From assembly GCA_040954595.2 (NCBI GenBank), contig CM082596.2, forward strand, positions 7,270,468-7,334,467: a DNA stretch of 64,000 bases, in the 5' to 3' direction. The position numbers were made by a program, and so were the translations under genes. The stretch is from Balanoglossus misakiensis (lineage: Eukaryota > Animalia > Hemichordata). The notes below the pieces were generated by a model, which ran no database searches, was not told the origin of the DNA, and was given only the letters and a program-made list of their open reading frames with translations. Positions 44,264-56,200 of the stretch are shown here, piece after piece (within the stretch, counting starts at the first letter, position 1; each line of letters starts with the position of its first letter).

Positions 44264-47200
44264 ATGAAAGAATTAAAGATACCAGCGGAAGCCACTATGT
44301 CTGGTTGGAACCCAGCAAGAAGTCAGTCTGTGAGAGACGAAGGGGGAAGCCGATGTGGATCAGGACGCCAAACAAAGCAACGCAACGCCAAATCGTCCAC
44401 TCCAGGCGGTAGACGGCGCTCTTCCACACCACTGAAGGAAATCAATGCAACAACGCCGGACTTAAGGCAATCCGAGAAACGGCCCAAGAGGCTCACACCG
44501 TCATCTGTGACAACGCAAGCCAGGAAAGGGGACGTTCGTAGTTCTGATGACAGTCGAGATAAGCTCGATAAACTTGAAGGTGTTCTTAACATCCCTGCGT
44601 GTTACAGAACAGGCGTTCGGAAATGTTCTGTTGAGTCACCTCCAAGGAACTCGCAGCCTGTTCAAGAAAATAGACACCCAGGCCAAACACGTGGCAGAGG
44701 AAGCTCGCCATCAACACGTCATGATGAGTGTGGTAAGCGGGGAGCAATGAAACGAAGAACGGTTGAGTCAAGCAAAACGGCTGTCAAATCGAAAGTAACA
44801 GAAACGAGTAGAAGACAAATTAAGTCGGCGGAGACAGACGGAGACGAGGACAGTGAGTCTGTGTCTGAAGACGATTGCATCGACTCTTCTAGTAGTTCCC
44901 AGAACTCGACGCTCGCTGACCTTGAAGGCAGCCTGAATATTCCAATTACTCACAGGTCGGCCACGAGGCGGCATCGCAGCGCTTTGCCCGTGAAGGGAGC
45001 TGGCTCAACCGCCCAAGGGCGACACCAGAATTCACCAACGCGTGCGGATGCAGGGGGGTCAGCCACGGGAGGGCGCCACCCAGGTCGGCTCTCACAGTCC
45101 AGCACCAAGAGCGACCTGGTCGAGGTGGTCAGGAGACCATTGAGCCCGCGGGAGCAGTCAGACCTGCAGACAGAAATATGGAAGGTGTTCAACGACACCG
45201 TCAGAATACCACGGACTGAGACCAGCAGAGCGTTGAGTATCGTGGAACCCTTGATTGAGACGGTATTAGAATTCGCCAGAGCCGACAGCATCTTCAGGAC
45301 GATTAAGAGGTTGAATGCCGGGAGCCATTACGAGAAACTCAAGGTGGGAAATAACGTGCCTGAGGCTCACTTTTGCTTTTTTCATTAAAGGGACAAAGTA
45401 TCTCTCTCGCTGCCCTTTTTTCCCGTATATCATGTTTGATACAAGACACCGTTTATGTTATTCTGCATGTGGATAAACGTTCGACCACACACAACTTCCA
45501 TGATCCCGTTTGTAGGATATGAGAGTAAAAATCTCGCGAAAAATGAATAAACGGTAGAGACCGATTATTCACACGACCCCCCCCCCCTTTAACTTGTCCG
45601 CCCGCAAGTCAGATAGTTCTTCCACCACGTGTATGCCATTCTCAGTGACCGCCAGACGCGCATTTAACCGTCTCCTCTGCCCCAACAGATATGCAAGAGT
45701 GACGAGGTCGACGTGATGCTCTACACGAAAGACTTGGAAAGCTTCCTGGAGTACGACGAGCCTCGGCGAACGCCGGGATTTGTCTACATTAAAGTCAAAC
45801 ACTGGGACTGGGCCAGGTGGAAAGACGTCTGCACCGCGGATGGTTTCCTGTCCTCCGTGAAAATGAGACGCTATTTTGAGAAGGTGGTCGACGGTGCTGT
45901 CGAGGCTTTCCGGAAGCACCATCCTGGTAAACGTGGTTCCTCTTTATCGAATAAATAACCGTGTTTCCTTTGATGAATGCTTGAAAAATAGTGCAGGTGA
46001 TCCAGGCTCTGTTCATATATCGGTAAATCTTGGGGTTTTGGGGGATGCGACCAACTGAAATGTTGCCCGCAAGCCTCTCGAAACAACGTCGTGGAGGCCA
46101 ATCACGTCCATTTCCGACACACACGTCCATGGTGGGCGGAAGTTGGTCCTGGCGCTTTTTTTCCCATGATTCAAATTACAGTCAACGCCATATTGGAAAT
46201 TCTGCCAACTTTCCCTCGATTTTGTAAAAAATCGCGCGACTTATACATGGCGAACATTTTTTTTTTAAAGATTGACATCAAAGCTGCCAAATTATGTAGA
46301 AATCAGCTACGCCGGATTTCCCCTTTAACTTTTTCCCCCTCCCTGTAACAGGATATGACGTATCTGTCGTGAGAGAACTGCACGCCCTCGAGGAAGAGTG
46401 CAGTCCGGCTGTGACGGTCACTGTGGACGTGTCCGGGAGGAAGTACTCCGTCGACCTGGTGCTGGCCGTTTCTGTCGGGAAAGTCGCCGACTTCGACGCC
46501 ACCGACGGCTGGAGCGATGTCGACGCCGGCGGGAAATGGCTGAAGGCGAGGAAGGTGGCGGACATCCAGGACATGGAGGTGTACGCCGTGGCCAAGAACC
46601 CTCCACCAGGTGAGCATGCGCAACCTCACTGGTTTCAATCGCAGCTCTATTTCTGGCCCGCGTCTGAATGTGGTCTCGTTTACATAATGAGTAACGTGCC
46701 ACCAGATGTTCTTGTGATAGAGATACGAGGTGTTGACATAGGCGAATTTCTGACACCCCTGTTAACAGGAGTGTGTGAAAATCCGCCACCGTCACTGCAG
46801 TCAGAACAAATGCAAACCTGTGGTTTCTCCTATCATACGCATTATATTGCCAGCATATGCATACATTCAATGCTTAACAAGGAGCCGACTCTGATAACAC
46901 GAAACAGAGTTCTTAAAAGGGTAGGCACATACGTTTCCGTCTGCGAGTACAATTTGCCTGCTTTCAATGAGTTGAAACACTGCCGAAGTCATGGTAATAT
47001 GTCCGTCTGGGACTGGAGACTTCCCTGGTCTCAATTTTTACAGCATTTTTGGTTTTTCTCTAGGTCTCGGTGTTGACATGGAAAGCGTCGGACGATCTTG
47101 GCGACTGTCCTTCTCCAAGGCAGAGAAATATCTCCTGTTGAAAGCCGACAGCGAGTCCTCGAACGCGGTCACGTGTCGGAAAGAGTGCTACAGAATTTTC

Positions 47201-47557
47201 AAATACATGGTGCAGATTCTGAAGGAGAGGAAAGCGCGCCAATTCGCCAGCCTGTCGTCGTACCACTTGAAGACGGCGTTTCTGCACTACTGCGTGGCAA
47301 CCCCGGGCGACGCCCAGTGGAGGCTGAGAGAGCCCGACGCCATGATCGAGAGGCTGGTCGGGCTCCTGGAGTTCTTCGTGCAGCGCGTCGTGGACAAATC
47401 CCTGCCGAATTTCTTCGTGCCGGGCCACAATATGCTCGGCAGTTTCCAGCGGGTGACGCTGAAGGAAATGGAGAAGAACATTCGGCGGGAAATCCTTGTC
47501 CGTTTGCAGCGGGGCGATGCAGATTGCATACAGCAAGCCAGCTCAAATGAAGACTGA
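44264..47557 (+). CDS. cGAS-like receptor (cGLR; Mab-21 nucleotidyltransferase), about 689 aa, 4 coding exons
   Basis: Exons 44264-45343, 45689-45926, 46352-46609 and 47064-47557 total 2070 nt in frame. Motifs: NAGSHYEKLK|ICKSDEVDVML, SPAVTV...SVDLVLA, WRLSFSKAEK, CRKECYRIFKY, SSYHLKTAFLH, LPNFFVPGHNML. Confidence 0.93.
45385..45570. mobile_element. Partial K2 MITE (left arm) in a cGLR intron
   Basis: TTAA-AGGGACAAAGTATCTCTCTCGCTGCCCTTTT matches the sequence from 12905 onward. Confidence 0.85.
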
Positions 47558-48010
47558 CAGATCAGTCGTGCGCGGGCGCTCCACTGCATTGCCTGGAGCC
47601 GCTTAGGACTGAATCTTTCAGTCTAGCTCAAATGAAGACCAGTGAAAAGAACTACAGTACCAGGATACAACGACAACGTCTGACGCAAACCTACAACGTC
47701 CATATCAACATGACGCATCGAGGGACGACAAACAGGGCGATGATATAACTCTAGAAGCAGATAACACAGTGTGATTTGGCAAGCAGAAACGCTGAACATG
47801 AAAACTGAAACAACCAAAGCGGAAGGCAGTGTAAAATCGTGTAAAATGGGGACACATGCGTCACTCAATCCGTGTGGTCCTAAAAGTTATGCAGACATTC
47901 CTTTCATAAAGTCACACGACAGTTCTCACAAGCTTGGATAGATGTTTGCTAATGATATCATTGTAGCTGCATTTTTCATTTTATTTATCCAACCAATACT
48001 ACCATTTATA

Positions 48011-48260
48011 TAGTAGACTAGCCCTCTAGTCGCTTGGTGATTTTTAAATCTCAATACTTTTTGTGTTTTCGGTGTTTTTTTTTTTGTCTTAATAAATAAT
48101 ACTTTTTTGCGTGCATGCTTGCCTTTAGCGTGTTTTTGGTAGTGAGGCGAGTTTCGAATTTGGGACTGAGCTTGTGGTTTCGGGTAGCGTCGACAAAGCG
48201 TCTATGGGCCTACGCGTTCCCTACACATAATGAAGCCCATAGACTTGGAGCAAGTCTACC
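48011..48260. mobile_element. TAGACT...AGTCTA MITE, copy 2
   Basis: Similar to 5948-6160. Confidence 0.75.
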
Positions 48261-49420
48261 ATTATAGCGACCACGCAGTTACTATTATATATTTCGGCCC
48301 TTCCGAAAACGGGAAAGTGAATGGTTTACTGTGGGGGGCATCACTAAGGTCACTCGTGTTGACATGTAGTTTTTTTCTGTGAACTCAATCGGGGCGTGGG
48401 CATCCGGCTGACAATTCATGTCAAGGACCGGGGGGAGGGGGGGGGGGGGGGCGACTCACGAACGCTGCCCTCTAGTGGCTACTAAATTGACCAATCAGAG
48501 TGCAGCATTCTGGCTCACTCTTATGTCTCACATATCGACAGTAAAGGCTCGAAAAACCCCGTTTTTGAACAGAATGTGATCATAGAAATAAATCACGATC
48601 ACAAATTTAGAAAGTTACATTATTTGTGAAACACAAGACATTTTTTCCCGTATGATACTACATCTGTGTTTATTTTACGGAGAGTTGAAATTGACATACC
48701 CAATCTTAAAGTAGGACCTTAAAAAAGTTAATTAGCTGTGTTTTGGGCATTATTGCATGAAAACGTTCGGGGCGATATCCATTTAAAAACATTTTTGAGT
48801 TTTTCTTCATCATAACAGTTTTAATATATGAAAGCGCCTATAATCGCCTCTTTCTAAAACCCCGTATGACCGTGTTGAATTCCACGCCCGAAAGTGGGTA
48901 GTATTTCTGCGACTCCCATAGACAACGTGTTTGGCACACGGCCATTACATGTGTAATCATCGATTTTGAATTTATTAAAAAAGGAGACATTTACAAACCG
49001 CTGTTGGTGTTTACTTTGGTGTGTGATCGGGTTATACGCGTGCCCTCTGAGAATTGCGTTTCTTTCTTTTTTCAATAAATATGATGGTATCTTTTCTGGC
49101 GAACAAAATATCCGTCACATCTGTCGTGATGACAAAAAACTTGTAATTATCGTCAGCGGACTCGTATTCGATTTTTTTAGATTTCTTTATCGTGATACAG
49201 CGCCCGCATTGGTTTTAGTAATCTAGGTTGTTATAATGACAGTCTAGCAGCTCGTGCGCGCGTTGATCATCGCGCGCTCACCATCATAATTCCGGCGTAG
49301 TACTAGATCGAGTGGAAGTCTTAAATGGGCGACCCACGGAAGGGCTAAAAAAGTCACCTTGGCACTGGCCATGCTCCCCGAGCCGGTAGAAGAATCACTG
49401 TGACTCCACCGGTGGGAAAG

Positions 49421-50245
49421 ATGGAGCTGGGGACGGGAAACGCGTCCAACGTTTCATCGTTCCCCGGGCAGGGAGGGTGTCTTCACCCGTGCCTGGGCGA
49501 CGTCGACGCCGTGGTGACACCTGTCATGTTCTTCGTGACCTTCTCCACCAATCTGTGCACGCTGGTGTTGATGAGCCGGGCGATGAACGTGAAGTCCCGC
49601 ATCACCAACATCCCCGTTCTGCTGGTGCTGGCCCTCTGCACCGCCGACCTGATGATCGCCGTGCTGGGCGACTCGCTGTGGCTGCTCTCCCGCATCGCCG
49701 GCGCCTGGATCGGCGGCGCCCAGTCGTGCCGCTACTCCGCCTTCGTGGTCCTGGCGCTGACCACCCTGTCGCAGAGCCTCGTGGTTCTGATGGGCATCGA
49801 GCGCTTCCTGGCCATCCGCCGGCCATTCTACTACGAGAAGCACGTCACGCCGCAGCGGACGCTGACGGCCATCCTGGTGCTGGTCGTCTTCTCGCTCGTC
49901 AACGCCACCCTCATGCTGTTCAGCGTGTGGGATAGCCTGGTCGTGTACGGTGACCGGACTCGCCTGTTCTGCACCGTGGACACGTCGGCCGCCGACGCCT
50001 TCGTCAAGTCCTTCGTCTACTGGACCTTCACCAAAGAGTGCCTGCTGGTGTCCGTGTTGATCTTCTGCAACATCGCGGTGCTGGGCTCGATGAAGAAGAT
50101 GCGGAAGAGGATGGCGGTCATGTGCCCCAGGAACAAGGATGAGTACCTGAAACAAGTGGACATGCTGAACGGCATCCACGCCGAATTCTCCCGGCTGATG
50201 GTTGCGATCACCGTCGTGTTCCTCATCACAATTACTCCGCTCCAG
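49421..50245 (+). CDS. First coding exon (TM1-TM6) of a prostanoid-receptor-like class A GPCR; the terminal exon was not found in this window
   Basis: PVMFF (TM1), LVLALCTADL (TM2), MGIERFLAIRRPFYYEKHVT (TM3), LIFCNIAVL (TM5) and EFSRLMVAITVVFLITITPLQ|GTAAGG. A phase-0 intron at the end of TM6 is typical of prostanoid receptor genes. Confidence 0.82.
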
Positions 50246-52883
50246 GTAAGGGGAAAACAAACTGACTCAGTGCAACATGTAGCCACCGTTGTCTACTCCC
50301 AAGGTGGCTAATTACACCCGACCGTGTCCCTGAAATCCCGCCAAAACACGGCGTCTGCCGTGGGCATGCATTTGTACAGCACGGCCTGAGCAGAGCAAGG
50401 TTTAGAGTGGGTGAACATCCATGCCTCGCCCACGCTGTTCAGCGATCTGTGACAATCAAAATACTCGGCATCGCGCTGCATTTCCCCGGGTGACTCTTAC
50501 ACTGGGCCCCGCACTGCAATCTGATGTTCTCGCTCGTATATTTTTATGCCATCGTGCTCTTGTTTTGCATTCCACCGGGAACTGTATTTCCCCATTGAAA
50601 CCTCAATTAAGATGATTTAAGATTCACTGTCTCCCAGTGTGCCCTGTAACAAACATGAATTTTGAAAGCTTTGAGTCAATTTGAAGATTTCTACAAATTT
50701 GTCCTATACCTTTGCATGTACTGTTGGGTCAGTGGCGCGTCACATTGGCTTAGAGGGCACACTGTAAATGTCTCGACTTCATAATATTACAGATATTCCC
50801 ATTTTTTCAAGGCCACCATAAAAGGTAAACAACTTAAAGAAATGTCGTCACTCAGAGGGTGCTGATGTCAACCCTATGCCAGCATACCTTATTTGCATTT
50901 GTGTAGCCCACGTTGTCGTCCAGGTGATCTCACTTGTTTCCACTTCACCGACAGACATGACACTGATATAAAATGACAGCGGCGTCACTCAAGAACACTA
51001 AGCGTCCTTTCGACATATAAATAAATTATAATTTAGCCACTAAAGAGCTATTAAGAATTAATTTAAGTTTATGCACGTGGAATTAAACTTGTAAAGTTCG
51101 TTATACAGATTATCATTTTTATATTCAGACAGAAAATCATCAGTCTATTTCAAGATTCCCCACTCATTCCTTATAGGTAATACCTGCAACGCTTTACGCT
51201 AAACTCAGCCTATTTATGGCATGGTAATTGTATATACATGTACCATAACAGTAATAATTACGTGTATGGTATTATAAGAAACGATTCATTTGAATTAAAA
51301 TGTTTCATTGGCCGGGACGATTTATCAGCTACCATTTCATTATTGGTTTTACCCAACTTTCAAAAAAATGGTTACCTATCCTTCAGCGAAGTCGAAGGAG
51401 AAACTCTGTTTTAGCGATGTAGATTGGAAGTTAAAGATATTATACAGTCACATGGCTGAAATGGTGTATCTGAGCGTTCTAAAGAACATATGCTGGCGCT
51501 CTTTTTTTCGCGTGTGCCACCCACTGAAAATCTGTGATTGGCTAGATCTCAATTTGCCATGGTAACTGTACCTAATTTTCCATGGGTGACCGTAGACCTC
51601 TAACAGCGAAGAACAGATCATGTAGACGAATGACGCCGTCGCGCTCATAAATTCAGAGAAAACGTGTAAACTTAAGTACATCAATACATAAATTACGAAT
51701 ATCGCCAAAAGTACGATCGATGATTTACGGACATTCTTCAACCTTGTTTCTTACGCTTGACATTGAGCATCGCATTGACGTCTCAAAAAACCTCACTTAA
51801 GTTTGAGGCATCCGCCACGAGTACATCTTATGATATTACCCATACAAGATAAGAAAACTATCGGAAGAGGTGTTAAAACACGGAAAGAGGGGATCTGTGA
51901 AAATCAGGGGATATCAGAACAAATCTAACTCATAAATGTATTGATACATCAGAGAAGCCGACCGGAGAGCGCATACCCGGTCGCTTAGAAACCAAATCTC
52001 CACGTAAACCGACAAACTTACGGAGCGTTAACGAAAACTAAATATTTATCACGGCATGAAATCGTATACGGTCGCGCGGCTTGTATTTAATTATTTGACG
52101 AGTTATGAATGCGACTAACATTTTCAGTATGCATCAAATATGGGATTATATAAACTGACAGTAGAGTAGAGAAATGCGTACAGGAACGTATTGAGTAATG
52201 TACGTGTGTCAAGAGAAATTCCAGCGATGCATTCAATTGATTAGTTTGGCCGTTTTTATTCAAATCTCGTAAATTCAACGGAATATTTACCAAATTTGGA
52301 ACCACTTCAGCTACACTGATGACATCATCCAGCATCGATTACGAAGAATAATCGATTGACACGTCAACAACGTAAATATTGGATTTATCGAAATTCCAAT
52401 CACGAATCTCAAAATAACACCAATCGTACGCACACCGCACATTTCCGTTTATGACAATTGCAGGTGACAGTTTGACTATTGGTAATATGCATGGTAGAAC
52501 AAAAAACACACTTCCTACAGTTCTCATATATTCCCTCAGTGACGCATTACTTTTACCCGTATTTGGCCTATTTCACCTATCTTCACGGTGCTTTTATAGC
52601 GTTTAAATCTGAAAAAATGTTTATCACAGGGTTTACCGGTAAAAAGGGAATGACCAGATTATCATAATACCATATGCCTGTATTCTTTGAGCAGGCGAAT
52701 TTTCAACACTATATACCTGGGCAGCTTGCGCCAACAGTCATTTATAGGGACGTAGGCTTTGTAGAACATGTACCAAATATATAATTTGCAAATACCGTCA
52801 ACTATATTACGCGATGTGAAGCACAAGTGTGCAGAGCTTCTTAATATTCTTGGCGGTTGTTAAGAAATTAATGGCGTCATCGA

Positions 52884-53040
52884 TAGACCATTTCTCGAAC
52901 TTCACGAGACCCTACGAGATCTCGCGTGGTACAGTTTATATGGGTGGATATCTCATGGGACACAGGACAGGATAAACAGCGCGTGGCCAATCGTGTTGAA
53001 CGGCAACAACACTTACAATTTTTTTTTGTTAAACCCTGCA
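52884..53040. mobile_element. Interspersed repeat beginning ATAGACCATTT
   Basis: Similar to about 58457-58590 and, inverted, to about 15060-15190 (GAGATCTCGC...TCTCGTGAAGTTCG). Confidence 0.6.
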
Positions 53041-53082
53041 CCCACATTAGTTTCATACAAAGGTTGACCTGAATTAATTAAC

Positions 53083-53268
53083 TACCGTTTATTCATTTTT
53101 GTGGGATTTTTACTCTCATATCCACAAAACGGGTTGGAAGTTGTGTCTGGTCGAATGTTGATTTACTATACATGTATATCCACATGTAGAATAACATTAA
53201 CGGTGTCTTGTATCAAACATGATTAATGGAAAAAGGACAGCGAGAGAGAGAGAGACTTTGTCCCTTCA
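53083..53268. mobile_element. Partial K2 MITE (right arm)
   Basis: Matches 13080-13259. Confidence 0.82.
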
Positions 53269-56200
53269 ATGTCAACATCCTTCACTTATTGATTACTTAT
53301 TGAATATAAACGTCTTTGTATTATTTCGACGTGTTTATAACCTCTAAATATGTTTTCGCCGATGGTATCCGATGTACATTTTACATCGATACGATTACGT
53401 GACGGATACAATGACGATAGCCTGCAGTGCGCGCGGAGTATTCTCGCATCGACAGTCACGAAACCAGAATTGTCCATGTCTTTGCGCATGCTCACAAACC
53501 CTGTTATAAAATTACATCAGTGGAGAAAACATCGATTATTAATCCCTCCAGAATCTTCAAAACACCAACATATCTGTCAATCATTGCAGCGCAGCACGCT
53601 GCAGTGAGTCCAAACAGCGAGAACGAAACCTGGAAGCAGTCAAGAGCAGGAAAGGGTGCCAAACCTTGAGTACCACGCGACGGACTATGCACCGAATTTG
53701 TCGTGACTGATACGTTCAACTGTACAACTCATTCGGCGCATTGTCACTCCGGAAAATTTCAACAAACGACAGCTCCTGTGCTCGAGTGTTCAAATCACAC
53801 CTACGTTTCTTTTATGTGCACATCGTTACCATAGAAACGCGTGCTTTAAAATCGAATAATCCTTTGATGCTATCATGTCGTGTAGAATCTCACGATTAAT
53901 TACTAGACTTGCTGAAAGATAACGCGATTATTTTTGGAGTGTATTAATAATGTAACTGATAATACTAATAGAAAAGGGTAGCTGTACTCCCTCTGATACG
54001 GATATAAATTTGTTGTACTTTTAGAATGCTTCGTGAGCATATGGTGAGCTATTCTCTGAAGCCAGCTGGGTATACGGCGAATTATATACATGTACATATT
54101 GTTTGTAGTGCCTGGCTTAGTCTGTAACATTGTGTAGATTACACTGTAAAAATCACAGCGGGGCCACATTTCATTTCATTCCGAGTTTTAGACGGCGTGC
54201 TACCAAATTCTGAATTCACCAACCGCGCATCGCGACAACACACACATATCTGGAACATCTATAACACGCACATTGATAAAGCTTGTTGGTCGAATCAGCA
54301 GACCTGACAACAAAACGCAATCTATAGTAGGGGCCTAGTTGCTGACGACGCGAACAATAACCCCCCGTGCTTTTCGCAGAAATCTCAAAGTTCTTGATTG
54401 GTTCGATCCCCAGTTCCTTTTTTTTTCAAAAGCCGGGGGATGACGTCATCGATCGAGTCGATACTTGTGTGATTTTAGTACATGTGTTTGTGATAAACGA
54501 GAGAACGATTTTTTCCCCTGCTGGATTAAGTCCCAAATACTTGTTGTCGGTGAGGTTGTTCGTTTGCCGAGTGTTTCCGAAATAAGTGGTGCGTGGCTCT
54601 GTGCTTGATAGTGCGTTTGAACGTCATTTCGCAGTATGGCGTGTAACGGAAGGCACGCTCAGAAATTTCATACTGTGCGCTGACTCGTCCGGGGGGTACA
54701 CCCCTAGAATGATTCACGGGTATGTGCTGTCCGGATGTGCCACATGTTCACTTAAAAAAACACAAAACATGGATCGATAACACATGAAATGTCCGATGTT
54801 TTTGAAAAAAAACTTCACACGCAACAGAACAAGGTAAATGAACTAGAGATATCCCAAAATAAGGATTAAGAAATCCCTAACAATGCACGAGTCATATCGT
54901 GTCTCTTCCTATAGGCATAAACGAGGTGGCCAAGTCAATCTGAATGCTGACCCCCTGAGCGGGCGATCTGATGCTGCAGCTGGCGGGTTCAAGTTCAAGT
55001 TAATAGTCATAGATCACTTGTGCATCACTGCTAAAGCCGGGATAAGCAGAGACCTTGCCGGCGATCAATAATGAATAAAAACCCACGGTTGATACGGCAG
55101 TGCTGATAGCTGAGATCAGTATCACCCTCACTAAAGGTCAATCGTGTTAAAGAGGACTTGCTGTGGTATAAAATACTCATCGCTTTTTTCTCACTAGAAG
55201 GGTTAGAACACCTCTTATGATTAATGACAGAAGCTAGCCTTCTCTTGAAGGTCTTAATCTGTACAGGCGATCAAAGACCACCTATAGGCGTCACTTCTCC
55301 AACAGGTATATGAAAGGCTACGCGCCGCGTACAAGAAAATGCTCTTAGTTCATCCCCACACGCACGTTCCTTCACATAGTGTCGTGTATTAGACGTAGGT
55401 ATCATGAGACACCATCCTTCATTTTGTGAATAGTTTGTTTCCCTTCTCAAGCTCGGTCGTTTGCTGGTTATACTAAAGGTCCGCTATCTGTCATTTTTTG
55501 ACACTTGTCAGTAGTTTTGCTGTGTGTATAATTGGCTATAGCAACCCGTTGCTACGGCAATTAACCAAGTCTCGTGAGATCTCGCGCGGAGGGGAAACCA
55601 AAGACAAATGGCTGCCAATAAAACTCAAACTTTCAAATCGCACCTCAATTTTCAAGCAACATTTATGAACTCATCCTAAACAGCGTCTACAGAGATTGCT
55701 CGCACCAATAGGGCAATAAACTACACACAGTCTATAGTAACACTGCTAATAGCATGAACGTTGCCTCGCAAATTGCCCAAACTAATCGTTTACTTTTTAA
55801 AAAATACTGCTTGCCGCGAATCGCTTTTATTATATGTAACTAATTAAAAAGCTACTGTCAAAACTCAATGGCGCACTCACACAGTGACGTTTTCAGAATC
55901 CGCGGTAGTTAACAACCAATGAAGACTTGGAGTGCATAAACTCGATGACCCGTTCCAAACACGCTTCCAAACCGTACCCACACTTTCGTTTCTTGTCAAG
56001 CATCCTTGAGCAAACTAGCAATGTATCTGATCGCGTGAGAACACCATTTCTATGGCAACGACAGGCGACACGCACTTAACATTTCACTTCTTTCAAAATT
56101 AAACAGCTCTACTCAATTTGCTGTGGCAATAGGGACTAATGGTTTGCCACCAGGGCCTTGTGTGGTACGTGGTTTCGCCTGACGATGGTCTATCTATTAG

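Noticed and set aside
46610-47063. ORF read-through (46369-47076) suggesting a longer cGLR exon
   Set aside because: Similarity to cGAS stops at the G|GTGAGC donor and resumes in another frame after the TAG| acceptor, so this stretch is an intron.
44264-47557. Bacterial CBASS CD-NTase operon
   Set aside because: The gene has spliceosomal introns and animal Mab-21 motifs, and there are no adjacent Cap effector genes.
49454-50260. 268-aa antisense ORF over the prostanoid-like receptor
   Set aside because: It is a codon-bias shadow with no domain features.
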